The translations under genes were made by a program, and so were the position numbers. A stretch of 64,000 bases of DNA, taken from the NCBI RefSeq assembly GCF_001194135.2, contig NC_068985.1:126922638-126986637 (forward strand), given 5' to 3'. The notes below the pieces were generated by a model that saw nothing but the letters and a program-made list of their open reading frames with translations, did not search any database and was not told where the DNA came from. This DNA comes from Octopus bimaculoides (Eukaryota). Shown here one piece after another: positions 1 to 45,524 of this stretch (the stretch's first letter is position 1; each line of letters opens with the position of its first letter).

Positions 1-37
<37 letters not shown>

Positions 38-559
38 TTACTGAATTATTTCATTACGAATTGCAGTAAGTTTCTACCTTACACTCTTGGATCATCTTTC
101 GATACAAGTTGAGCTAATTAATTTGACAAGTTGGTAAGCTCGAGACATATTGCACTGCGTAAGATTTGGTGGAATAATCAGGTACTAGAACTCAGTATAT
201 AACAGCAAATATATATGTTATACGGCTGTAAAGTTACACAAGTGAATCAAGAGCCGGGAGTTTCGTCGCAGTCCTTAGTGCTATACACAAAACTCTCAGC
301 TCTTGAGCCCGTTATATAACTTTACAGCTGAATAATCCCTCCCCTCTGTCTTTTCCTCTCTACCTAGTTATCTATCTATGAATATATATATGTATATTTA
401 TGAATGTATGTATCAGTGTATATGTATGTATGTATGTATGTTGTATTTAAGAAAGAGAAAGAGTGGAGGGAGGTAAAACAGATGGTATCACGTGATTACA
501 TCAGCTGCTGAACAAAATGCAAGCAATACACACCAATGAGTAAAAAACAAAATATAAAA

Positions 560-653
560 ATAAGGTGTTATCTGTAGTAGTAGTAGTAGTAGTAGTCTCA
601 GCAGCAGCAGCAGTGGTGGTGGTAACAGCAGTGGTTATATAACAGCAGCAGCT

Positions 654-686
<33 letters not shown>

Positions 687-815
687 ACTTAGCAAAAACA
701 ACAATAACAGCAACGATTCCGGATTTTAACCACGACGACGACATATCGTCATCATTACAACCTTCACTATCACCACCTCCACCACCACCACCTACTGTCA
801 TCAACATCATCATCG
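560..815. repeat. Compound trinucleotide microsatellite cluster (AGT/CAG/GGT/CAT/CCA) upstream of the IDH1 start
   Basis: Directly visible runs. Confidence 0.9.
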
Positions 816-982
816 ATACGTATTAATTACAAAGATTGTAAAGTACATCCAGTGAACTGTGGTTCAGTTCAATTCAATCGAATAGAAAGAAAGGCGGTGG
901 CTGATAAAAAGTTAACTTATACAAACAGTAAAACTAATTGGCATTTGACACCTATTACTGCAAGATCACCAACGCTGTCAAG

Positions 983-34313
<33,331 letters not shown>

Positions 34314-34316
<3 letters not shown>

Positions 34317-34355
34317 CTCGGCAGATTTAAACCAATTACTGAGAGTAAATTATGA
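34314..34355 (+). other. In-frame C-terminal extension behind the IDH1 stop: (X)LGRFKPITESKL* ending in the PTS1 tripeptide SKL
   Basis: TGA CTC GGC AGA TTT AAA CCA ATT ACT GAG AGT AAA TTA TGA read directly from 34314-34355. Confidence 0.7.
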
Positions 34356-34577
34356 CTTTTAAGCACTATAGCTTATAAGCATGCAAAGGTCTTTTTTTTT
34401 TTATTTTCCCATTTTAACTTTCTAGCATCTTCTATTCATTCTGTACGGTTTTAATGAAAATAAGGGCTCATCAAATCAATCAGTGCTAGCCTGTATTAAA
34501 AAAAATTTTAATCTGAAATTCTTATAAATAATCCTGCCAGTAATCTATAAATACTAACATTTTGTGAATATTTTCGA

Positions 34578-34583
34578 AATAAA
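34578..34583 (+). promoter_or_regulatory. Candidate polyadenylation signal of IDH1 (AATAAA)
   Basis: AATAAA about 260 nt after the stop, followed by T-rich sequence. The hexamer is common in AT-rich DNA, so support is weak. Confidence 0.35.
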
Positions 34584-34804
34584 GAATTTTGGTATCTTTT
34601 GGGAATTTGTGTTTGTTTTGTTAGCATGCTAGACAAAATCCTTTGTAACATTTTGTCTGTCTTTGCATTCTGGGCTCAAATTCTGCCAAGGTTGACTTTG
34701 CCTTTCATCCTTTTGGGGTGAAACACTGGGGTCGATGTCACTGACTAGTCCCCTACCCCCAAATTTCAGGCCTTGTGCCTTCAGTAGAAAGGATTATTAT
34801 TAAT

Positions 34805-36082
34805 GGCGGTGATCTAACTGACTCTTTGAATTTGGAGGTGACAGAAATGAAATTTTGCAAGATTTTGTGCAAGTGGACTATGATAACAGAGAATATAAAC
34901 TTATACTGGATTGCAGAACTAGGTGGAATTGCACATTCCATATGATTGAGAGATTTTTGAAATTGAAAAGCTGCATTCCAAATGCTCTACGAGCAGTACT
35001 TTCCACAGATGCCGTAGTGTGATGAAGAATGGAAATTTCTCGATTTACTATATGAAATTCTGCAACCAGTACAAATTATTTTGAAGGCTATTTGCGCTGA
35101 TGATATGGATTTACTGAAATCGGAATATTCTATAGAATTTTTATTGAATAAACTTAATATCGTCGGCAACCCTTTGGCTCCAAATCTTCGTGAAAGACTT
35201 ATGCATAGATATAATAAGAGAAGAAATGTTGAAACCTTGACTCTCTTGAAGTATTTACATAACCCAATGAAGTTTAAAGGTGAATCAATTTCTGGACCTT
35301 TTCTTTTTTTAACGAAACAACATTTAAGGAAGTATGCTGAACAAACATATAGGAGATTATTTCCTAAACATGACGCTGAGAACACAACAGAATTATACAA
35401 AGGAAATGAAATAGGAGGGAACCTAAAATAAGTGTTACTGTTGTCCCATTACTTATGAAGGTAATGAACTCATGCGTGAATACACAAGCGCAATCAAGAA
35501 AATGAAGGAAGAGCCCAAGATAGTAACAGATGGATTTGAAATCTCTAAAGAATTCGAATATTTTGAAGCAACTTCGAACAGAAGTGAAAAGCTCGAGAAA
35601 CTTTATAGAGCATTGCTTACAACTAAAGCAACTAGTGTCCAGTTGGAAAGAGCTTTTTCAATTGCTGGACTTTTCAACACAAAATTTAGGACAAGTTTGT
35701 CAGGTAAAACACTGAATGCATTGTGTTTTTTAAAAGATTATTTTCGAAGGAAAGTGAATCATCAAGCAAGTCAAGAAATTTGATTGATTCTCAAAAATAC
35801 GACTTGGAAAAACGTTGCATTCCTGATTAAATAAATATAATACCATTATTTTTTGTTATTGTTTGTACATAGATACAGATACAGGCACCACCAACATATC
35901 TGTGGATATCAGTCAACCTGTTGCTTTCTCTGTGTATGTATATAAACAAAATACAATATACGACAAACTTCTTCGTTACAGGAACACCGCTCTAAATCCG
36001 CGAAAACCAGTTTTTAACCAGTTTTGAGAATTACATATACTTAAACTCGGTTTTGGGAATTATCGGTTTTTTGCAAGCCCTA
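34805..36082 (+). mobile_element. hAT-superfamily transposon relic (3' half of transposase plus right end)
   Basis: LILDCRTRWNCTFHMIERFL, EEWKFLDLLYEILQPV and TKATSVQLERAFSIAGLF...LNALCFLKDYF (hAT C-terminal dimerisation-domain pattern). Right end ...ttgcaagcccta corresponds to a TAGGG-type TIR. Frameshifted and 5'-truncated. Confidence 0.8.
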
Positions 36083-36244
36083 CCTCTGCGCAAATTGTAA
36101 CAGCTTGTGTTTCCATCAATTGTTTTTGTGAAAGAGGTTGTGTGTGTGGCCAGTTTATGTACAGAGCTGTTCTGTTGTGCCTTTGCAAGTATTCTGTTGG
36201 TGCCAGTCTGCTGCAGTTCTATATTTGAGAGATGAGGAATTATG

Positions 36245-39112
36245 TACATTATTTATATTAGACAGATATTTGTCCTCATCTTGTCTGTTGTTTACGCAAT
36301 GTTTTGGCTGATATGCTCTCCAGCCTTCTTCAGGTGTCCTGGGGAAATTTTGAACCTGGGTTCTCATTCTTAAGGTATTATTATTATTAATATTATTCAG
36401 GTCACTGCCTGGAATCGATCTCAGAATCTTGGGGTTAGTAGCCCACACTCTTAACCACTACACCATATGCCTATGGCCAATTATGGAGTGAATTTTAGGG
36501 CTTATAAATCTAATATTTTCCTATTCTTCCTTAATACCAGTTCCCATAAGCTATTCATATCTGCACTCGGTCTGCTTAGGAGGTTGTTGTGTCTTAGCAT
36601 ATGTGCTGCTTCTTTCAGTTTTCGTATTTTCCAGTGTTGTTCCCTGTCTATTATTTTAACTTCATCCCACAGGGGGAGGTGGTTTCCATTTTTCCATACA
36701 TGATCAGCTATACCCGATTTATCAATATCTCCTCGTGTCACAGCTTTGCGATGTTCCTCTACCCTTANNNNNNNNNNNNNNNNNNNNNNNNNNNNNNNNN
36801 NNNNNNNNNNNNNNNNNNNNNNNNNNNNNNNNNNNNNNNNNNNNNNNNNNNNNNNNNNNNNNNNNNNNNNNNNNNNNNNNNNNNNNNNNNNNNNNNNNNN
36901 NNNNNNNNNNNNNNNNNNNNNNNNNNNNNNNNNNNNNNNNNNNNNNNNNNNNNNNNNNNNNNNNNNNNNNNNNNNNNNNNNNNNNNNNNNNNNNNNNNNN
37001 NNNNNNNNNNNNNNNNNNNNNNNNNNNNNNNNNNNNNNNNNNNNNNNNNNNNNNNNNNNNNNNNNATGGTGGGAATTGAAGTTGAGGTATTGTCCAGTGA
37101 AGGTTGGCTTGTGGTATATCGATGTCCTGGATCCATATTTGGTGCATGTTATTAATACGTCCAGGAATGTTAGTTGATTGTCTTTTTCCATTTCCATTGT
37201 GAACTGTATGGATGGCTTTATTGAATCCACATGATCTAACAGCACTTGGACATCTTCCTGGTGGGGCCAGAGTATAAAGGTGCCATCAACATATCGCAGC
37301 CATAGGGTTGATTTTAGTGGTGTTGATCCTAAAGCCAAATTCTCAAAGTATTCCATGTATATATTGGCTATTATCAGTGATAATGACGAACCCATAGCTA
37401 AACCCTCTTCTTGTTGATATATATCAGTGTCCATTCTGAAGTAGGTAGTTTTTACACAGAGGGTCAACATTTCCATCAAGTATACATTGGTATGTGGAAG
37501 CGCATGGCTTAGTGGTTAGGGTGTCAGCATCATGATCGTAAGATTGTGGTTTCGATTCCTGGACCGGGCGATGCGTTGTGTTCTTGAGCAAAACACTTCA
37601 TTTCGCGTTGCTCCAGTGCACTCAGCTGGCAAAAATGAGTAACGCTTCGATGGACTGGTGTCCCGTGCAGCTGGGGAACACATACACCATTGAAACCGAG
37701 CCCATGAGCCTGGCTAGGCTTTAAAAGAGCGCATTTATTTTTATACATTGGTATACTAGTGCATTCTTTTAGATGGGTGTCTGTCACCAGTTTTTCTTGA
37801 ATCAATGGTAGTGCTTCATCAGTTGAGACTTTGGTGAACAGACTTATCACATCTAGACTCATCATCTGGTTGGATTCAATGGGGGTATCTTTGATCTATT
37901 CTGTGAAGTGGGTGGAATTCTTTATGTATGATGTTGACTTTCCTGCTAATGGACTGATTATATCCACAAAGAAGCGGCTCAGTGGATGGCATGCTGAACC
38001 TCTACAGCTCACTATAGGTCTTTATGGAATACCATCCTTGTGAATCTTAGGAAGACTGTACATGTGTCAGCTGTCTGTACTTCATTGGTATAAAGTGATC
38101 CTTGTTTGTGATCAAGATCTGTGACAACTTCCTCTATGTTTTCAGAGTTGGGTCTTTATTTTCTTTGCTGTAGCTATCAGCATTTATAAGACTTGCCAAA
38201 TTTTCAGAATAGTCAGACTTGTTCATCACCACTGTAGCATTTCCCTTGTCCGCTGGAAGTATTATGATGGAATTGCCACTCTGTAGTGTTTTGATAGCGA
38301 ACTTTTCTTCTTTAGTGATGTTTGGTTTGGGAAGTTTCGCTTTTCCTAGTAACTGTCTCATTTTCCACCTTAGTTCATCTTCCTGTGCTTTTGGTATCTT
38401 TATGGCTATCTCTTCAATAGGGGCTATTATCTCCAAGTATGGAATGCGCTTGATGGTTGTCGCAAAGTTGAGAATTTTGTTTAGTACTGCTTCTTCAGAG
38501 CTTTCTAGATGTTGGCTACTTGCTTTAATTACTGCTTTCACGGGTGGGTGACAGACTTCATTCTTCATTCTCTGACCTTTGAGCTTCGTAAGCTTCTTAA
38601 GCCTGTATGTCTTCACTTTTTTCAAATTCTTTCTCGTACAACTTTTCTAGATCTTGTTGGATTCTCTTTCTATCATCATCTCTGGTTATTCTCCTAAGTA
38701 ATGAAGATAACCTCTTGCTGATTTCGTTATTTAATTGATGCTTTTTCCAATGGTTGTAATGGATCCTCTCACGGACAAGGGCATGTCCTGCCCATTCTGC
38801 TGCTCTTCGAGCTTCATATGAATCCACTGGTGTCATTACATTCATGCCAGGTGGTATTAGCTTTTAGTCTCTACATCTACACAGGAAAGTTAGATGGTTT
38901 GAAAGATGAGCTAGTTTCTGATGGACCTGAAGAATAATAATAATGATGATGAAGATGATGAGGATGATAACATCGAAAAATACCTTAGGAATGAGAACCC
39001 AGGTTAGAAATTTCCCCAGGACACCTGAAGAAGGCTGGAGAGTATATCAGCCAAAATGTGTTAACAACAAACAAGATGAGGACAAATGTCCATCAAATGT
39101 AAGTCATGTGCA
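36245..39112 (-). mobile_element. Penelope-like retroelement (RT + GIY-YIG endonuclease), degenerate, with inverted terminal repeats
   Basis: Minus-strand fragments IIILPADKGNATVVM, LDVISLFTKV, GLAMGSSLS..IANIYME, WLRYVDGTF, FLDVLI..YHKPT and RVEEHRK..SGIADHVW..RKLKEAAHM. About 135-bp inverted copies at ~36245-36385 and ~38977-39112. Interrupted by an N gap and a SINE. Confidence 0.88.
37494..37741 (+). mobile_element. tRNA-derived SINE inserted into the Penelope-like RT, with 13-bp TSD
   Basis: A box TGGCTTAGTGG (37505-37515), B-box-like GGTTTCGATTCC (37548-37559), and direct repeat TATACATTGGTAT at 37481-37493 and 37742-37754. Degenerate heads of the same family lie on the minus strand at ~4225-4335, ~5225-5300, ~26945-27055 and ~57770-57845. 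Confidence 0.88.
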
Positions 39113-39149
39113 GTCTGCTGCATTCAGGGGTTATGTGGTTGATTGTCCC

Positions 39150-39352
39150 TAGGTGCTCTCTGCATATGTGGTATAATGAGCTGCTTTCATATATTTCAGG
39201 ATATCACTCTGGTAATTCTTAACTGGAAGGGACTGGTCCTGAGTCGCAATGATGTACCCCTCAGTTTCTGATATGAGCACGGCAGCCACTGATGAATAAG
39301 AACTTGATTTATTAGGGTGTAATGAAAGTTCTATCTGCTTTTTAAAGTTCAA
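39150..39352 (-). mobile_element. Non-LTR retrotransposon fragment (R4/Dong-like, region preceding the C-terminal zinc knuckle)
   Basis: SETEGYIIATQDQSLPVKNYQSDIL resembles the ETEGxIxAxQDQxLxTRNY motif of restriction-like-endonuclease LINEs (recalled, not searched). Confidence 0.5.
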
Positions 39353-40113
39353 TAAAACAATATATCTGATCTATTTAATTGGTAGTATAGTCACCATTCT
39401 TCTCTATGACCTCTTTCCACCTGTCAATGAACTTTTTAATGCTACAATTATAAAATTCCTTAGGTTTAGAAATGAAAAAGAAAATTAACTAATTTTTTTA
39501 CTTCTGCTCTTGAGGCAAGTTTAATCCGTGCAAATGGTTTTATAAACTTCTAAAGAAATGGTAATCTGTAGGTGTGAGATCTGGAGAGTATGGTAGGTGA
39601 TGCATAATTTCCCAGGTATATAAATAAATAAGATAAAAAGGCTAGTTATTATTATTATTATGAAATTTGAACTTTTCTTTAATTATTGTCCAGATATTGT
39701 GTATAACCATATCAAGTTGAAAGTATTGGTTCTTGTCTATTCACCTTAGTTAAACAAAAATCTAATTTCTGCTTAGATGGGGGACTACTTAGGAAACCTA
39801 AGTTCTGAGTGCTGTAAGCACTTTTCATAGATGATAGACTTAACTTATTACTCTGTTTAACAACATCACCTGGTTCTTGAGTGTCATTAGCAGAATTCAC
39901 TATGTTGCAATCATTTGTCTCAGATCTCCAGTGTAAGGATAATTCCTCCCTTAACTTCCACCTATCTTGGAGGACATGACAAAAAAACAAAACAGAAAAA
40001 ATGTCATGGGCTGTGGCCTTCTTCCTTCACTGACTAAATAGTAAATAGCGATATCACAGACCTGACCTTGACACTTTATTATTTAAGGACCTGATTCGCT
40101 TGAATCCTGAATT

Positions 40114-40144
<31 letters not shown>

Positions 40145-43100
40145 GAATGAAAAGATGTATAAACGTACTGAATGTAAAAACGAATGGGAGACAAACAGAA
40201 GGTCCATTATTCTTCATCAGTTATTTACCAATTGGTACTGTTTAATTTCACACCTTTAATGATAAGACTGAGTGCTTCCCGATTGACGGTGCATACAAAA
40301 AATTGTTTTCTTGCGTAGAATTAGGGACAAGAGCAAACAAAATAGAACAAGACAAGCAAAACGACATAGAGTGTGATTTAGGGCAGTGGACGAGGACAAA
40401 CAATCAAACAAAATACGGCCTTGGGGCCAGATAGATAGGTGATGGGCTTCCACAGTTTCTATCCACCAAATTTACCTACAAGGCATTGGGTTAACCCAGG
40501 GCTACAGTAGAAAACCCAATGTACTGCATAAAAAAATATTCACTTAAACATTGAAAGCTTGTTTCCAATAGGGGTCTTTGTTGGTCAGGGTTAGCTATAT
40601 ATTTGTACATGTATGCACAATCCCAGGCAAACTACTCTCTCCATGACACTGATATTGTCCAAGGAAATGGCTGCTACTTTAGGACTGATATAGCTTGGTA
40701 TCAGTGTGATTACTGGCATTGCTGACAGAATGTATTGAATCAGGGCAAATATTGCAAGGCATCCCATCTGACTCTCTAAAAATTCTGCTAATCTACCATC
40801 CTGGATTGGTATTTCACATAGATATATGACACAACAGTAAGTCAACAATGGAGCTTCTATATAGCCACTCAATCTGCTAGAAATGACAACCAAATTTTTC
40901 TCAAATAACACCTATTTAAAAAAAAAGGAAAGATTAAGCCAAATTCCCATCACACAGCTCTCAAGTATGAACAAATATTATTTGGCAACATATACCATAC
41001 TTTTGATCATTATTTTAGGTGCCTTTGTAGTTGTGAGCAGACATAAACACTTTCTTGACTCTCTTGCCCTTGATCCATTAGAACATCCAGAATGAGACAG
41101 CTGGAGGGAGAAAGGACCGTAGACACTAGCATCCAGCTGGGTACAATGGAGCAAAAACGCAAAGAGCTACTCACTCCAGGAAACTGAACCTACAGCCTTA
41201 CGATTATTAGCCAAACCCCGTAACCACAGCTTACCATTAAAAAAAAACAACCCAAAACGCAATAACACATTAGATAATGTAGTCTTGTATACATTGTTCA
41301 GAAATAAGATAGAATAGTCATAGCAGCATCGGTTTATCGTAAGTCTACTTGATCAAAACTGACCTTAACTAAACAATAACCATAGTTACACTGTTACTGA
41401 TACTTTTGGGATTTATGAATTAAATGGAAGGCCTTGAAGGGAATAATAGATGCTACTTATCAGGAATATAAAACCCTGGCGTCTCGAGGGATGCATTCAA
41501 AGGTGTTAATTTCTCTTAAGAATCAATATTTTCTCACATTGGCACAAAGTCACGAATGTGTTGGATATTTCCAGTACTTATCAATACATAACTAAGGATT
41601 TGGATTTTGACTGTGGAGGGATAAAACCCAAGTAGGTGTTAATTCATTTAATGCCTCCCTCCACAGTAATTAATGAATTCTTGTATTCGTATTTCGATAT
41701 AAGGCACTTGTTCCCCCAGAATCCAGACGGATGAAAAAGCAAAGTTAATTAACCCTAGCAACTCTTGTAGAGATGAAACAACCTGCAACTGAATCGCTCT
41801 TTCCTTGAAAATAAATGGTAATAAAATAGATTTTATAAGACTTTTTAAAAATTCATTTCGAGAGAAAGATATTACAGACTACAAGCACTCATTTCTCATT
41901 TTTATAGACATTTGAAAGTATTAAACAAGCAAAGTGCATATGAAAAGCTTGAAACACCGCAGAGATGTTTATCGATTTCCGTTTTGGTTGTTCCACTTAT
42001 ATTTAGAAAGAAGGGCGATTACTTCCATTGATACTACTACTACTTCGTCTCTACTGATGCTTATTATAAATAATCAGAGAACTGATTATTTGTGGTAGAA
42101 CCAGACAGCTAGGCCGATTGTTTTTATTGTAGTTTAGTCTAGTCGTTCATTACTTTTAGAGCAAACACTCCAGAGGTCTACTTCGTAATTTTGGGCCTGG
42201 GTTCGATAAATAACCACCAATAAAATATTAGATGATAGTTTCTATTGATTATAGTGAACGGAAGTAAAGCCAGTGTTTTAGTTAAGAAAAAAGTCATATC
42301 TCAGTTGAATTAAATATTTAACTGAGCATACATCATCACGTATACAGAATAACAACGCAAATGGCATTATGTGTGTCAAAAACACATTTTATTCGATATA
42401 ATGAATAAAATAAAGTGTAAAACCTATTAAATTCAACTGCGACAGTTTCTCCCAGGAAATTCCCAACAAAAAATTGGCTTTGTATGAAGCCAAAATAAAT
42501 TAAATCTTATACTGTATTAAAAACAAAAATACAACTTATCAGCAATAAGAAATAGAATGGATTTAAATTTTATTTTCTTCGAAAATTTTGTTGCTTTGGA
42601 CCCTAAATCATTTTATTTTAGGCCTCAATAAGTAGATAAGTGAGAAACACTGTCCTGTAACATGGCGACAGGCAACAAAGAAGCGCTGGGTCTAATTAAT
42701 TTGAAAAAAAAAAAAAAAGCTGAGGTTATTTGATACACATATTTCGCAGTTTCTTTTTAATTTTCGAATTGGATACATAGATAAAAATCAATAAATAAAA
42801 CCACATAATAAGTGTTTGGACAGATAAGTTGTGGAAAAATTGAATGTTTACACTAAAACCAAATTATATATTATACACACACTTCTACATACGCTTCCTG
42901 CAACCTTTTTGGTCATTATAAACAAATCATTCGTCTTCAACGGGAGAATTCATACATAATACACACACACACTTATTTCGCTTACATTGGTAGCCTAATC
43001 TGAAAATTTACTATTACGCGCAGCGTACTGCTCAAAGTTCCGAATGAATTGTAGCTTTCAGTTAAAACGGTGTGCGAGGTGTAGTAACGAACACTTTAAT

Positions 43101-43699
43101 CGCAAATAGAAAGGCAGTTGAACGATCGCTTGGAAATATCAGTCGGGAAACCTTTCTTGAACTCCCTCAGAAGCACTTGCGTGGGAGGGGCGTCGTCCTC
43201 TGTTTTAACGTCTGTCTTACTTTACCTACAGTGTAGTGTCTCCTATGAAAAGGTGACATTTATGAAGTTATCGCGTATTGTTGCTCTACTAACAGTAGAA
43301 ATTTTGCTAATATATGCAACCATGCTTCCAAACGCTTTGTATTTTCCAGTTGTGTCGATTTATTTTTAACAAATTTACATTCTCATAAGGATGAAGATTT
43401 AAATCAAGGTGTAATATCCTACGCAAACTACGTACTTAAATACCTAATGCAGGGGAAATACTTCTTTCAACAGAACCCACGTAAGGGGCTCAATATCTTT
43501 GTTGTTCGGATAGTTCACACAATTCACGGTGTCTTTTTTCCATGCTGAATGGGTCAACCTTAAGTTTTCTACGATTAACAAGATGATATTCCGATCAAGC
43601 GCTTTTCCATCATGGCCCTACATTAAAATGCAAACGAAAATTTTGTTACGTTTAATTAAGGGAGTAATCGCTTAAATAACAGAAACCCCCTCCCCCCAA

Positions 43700-44120
43700 A
43701 CAAGACGATGTGGCACATTCAACTGCTTCGCAGCTACTGACATGGCGTCATGTGTGTTGCTTTATACCACCGAGCACGTGACCTCCAACACCTAACACTC
43801 AAATTACCGCCATTTTAAAAACCATCAGGTTTCCCTGCCGGACCTTGCAGTTTTATTGTATTCTTAGAGTATTCAGTTAAAGGATTTACTCTACAGGAAT
43901 AAATCGTCAATACATCTTAAGCAAAAAATTTTATTTGGTCAACCAATCAGATTTCGAAGTCACTAAGCTAGCTAGACCCATATTGCAATGCGTCGGATGT
44001 GGTAATAGCGGGAACTAACGAATTAACTCCCTTGACAAAACCAGCTAGTTCCTAGAATAAATTACGGATGACTAAAAGTTTCAAAATAATCCATGAAGTC
44101 AGCGCCATCGTGTTTTTATA
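43700..44120. promoter_or_regulatory. Putative housekeeping-type promoter zone
   Basis: CG dinucleotides are visibly more frequent than in the flanks (not counted). YY1-type CCGCCATTTT at 43807-43816, E-box CACGTG near 43775 and CCAAT near 43943. Confidence 0.35.
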
Positions 44121-45326
44121 CTTAATTTTAATTTGGACTGAAGTTTCTTCGTATCTTATGCAATTTTCTCTATTTATATTGTTTTATAGCAAACAGAGAT
44201 TAAATAAAAAAGTACATTTATAAAGAAACTGCTATTATTTTCAAAGAGTTCAGAATGCACTTGAAATATGGAAGCGCAAATTGTGACACGTTTAGGTTTT
44301 CATAACTATATAACTGTAGTTTCGTCAGCAATCGTTTGCTATTTCTAAATGGAAATGCTTGTTGTCGCACATGTTATGTGGCCAACTAATATCTGATTCC
44401 AATTGAAATTTCAACTTGAAAATAGGTTTAGAACTGAGTTTGAGCGGAATACTGCTTGTCCAATCTGTTGGTAAAGTGTTGATTTTAATATCGATACTGA
44501 TAAAGTAGAATTTCGATAAATATTAACATTTAATATCAATGACTGTTTCGACACCGTCTGCAACCAGGAAAATTTATAGCTTTTAGTAAGCTTTGTTTTA
44601 TTTTTTCTCCAAATTGGCTTTCTGTATATATATTTTATTGCCATTATTTTATCTTTACATTTGCATTTACCAGCTTGATTAACCGTTTTACAAAACACTT
44701 CCCCTATTCACTAATACGGAGAAATGATTCCCATTGTATTTCATGTGGTGTGTGTATATATATATATATATATATACATATATATATTGTGTGTGTGTGT
44801 GCAACGATTTTCCTTTTCTATTTAAAAACATTGTTTTCTCTTCTAAATGAGATATTTATTTACATATATGTATCTTTAATTCTGCAGATTTAAATTTGTT
44901 TTACCTTTTCAATTTTTTTTTCTATATTTATATAATGAATTTTGTCGGTTTGTGTAAATCTTATGATGGAATATTTTCGTTTTTTTATCTTTTAATAAAT
45001 TAAATCAAACAGTCACAATGTAATGTAGTGAAAAAATCTTGAATATCCATAAATTCTCTGGAAAGCTTATCCTTGCCTAATTTGTAAAATGGGGGTCCAG
45101 ATTTAGTGAGAAGATCTAAACGATTTTGGCAACTCATTTTGTGTCCAACAAGGCCTTAGCTAAATTCAAAAACTCAGTATCCCTCTTCTGGTTTTCCCTC
45201 CCTATAAATATGTATATATTTCTTCGTTTATTCAGTGTTTCGTCTAGATTATTAAGATTGTTTTTTTTTTATCACTATTTGAGGTTTTGCCTTAATCTCG
45301 AACCATTTTTTTTTTGTTTTCTTTAA

Positions 45327-45524
45327 CCCATTAAATACATAAACTTTTTTTATGTTTTCATAAAATAAATAGTATGGATGGAAAAAGTCTAAAATATTAT
45401 AGAAATTGTTTGGGATTTGCGGAAAATTAATACAAGAACAAAACTATTTTAAATTGAAATATAGACTTCATAGTGTTTAATTTTCTTACTGTCCTGTTTT
45501 TTGGGACACTTGTGCATTAATGGG
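45327..45524. mobile_element. TTAA-flanked MITE (CCCATTAA...TTAATGGG)
   Basis: Perfect 8-bp TIR and TTAA on both sides (45323-45326, 45525-45528). Confidence 0.7.

Noticed and set aside
34325-34355. Alternative 3' splice site producing a direct FKPITESKL ending as the main explanation for the SKL
   Set aside because: It is in frame, but has a weak pyrimidine tract and would delete the conserved YLNTFEFIDKIAENL helix; kept only as a control to test.
36601-37177. Long ORFs spanning the N run
   Set aside because: They are open only because N codons contain no stops; only the PLE frame is supported.
37494-37570. tRNA gene (also 36397-36471)
   Set aside because: A and B boxes are present, but there is no complete cloverleaf or acceptor stem, and the sequence continues as a repeat body; it is a SINE-type head.
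43226-43242. 17-nt minus-strand microexon (cttttcatag|GAGACACTACACTGTAG|gtaaag)
   Set aside because: The splice-like flanks could arise by chance in AT-rich DNA, and no neighbouring exon gives a coherent frame.
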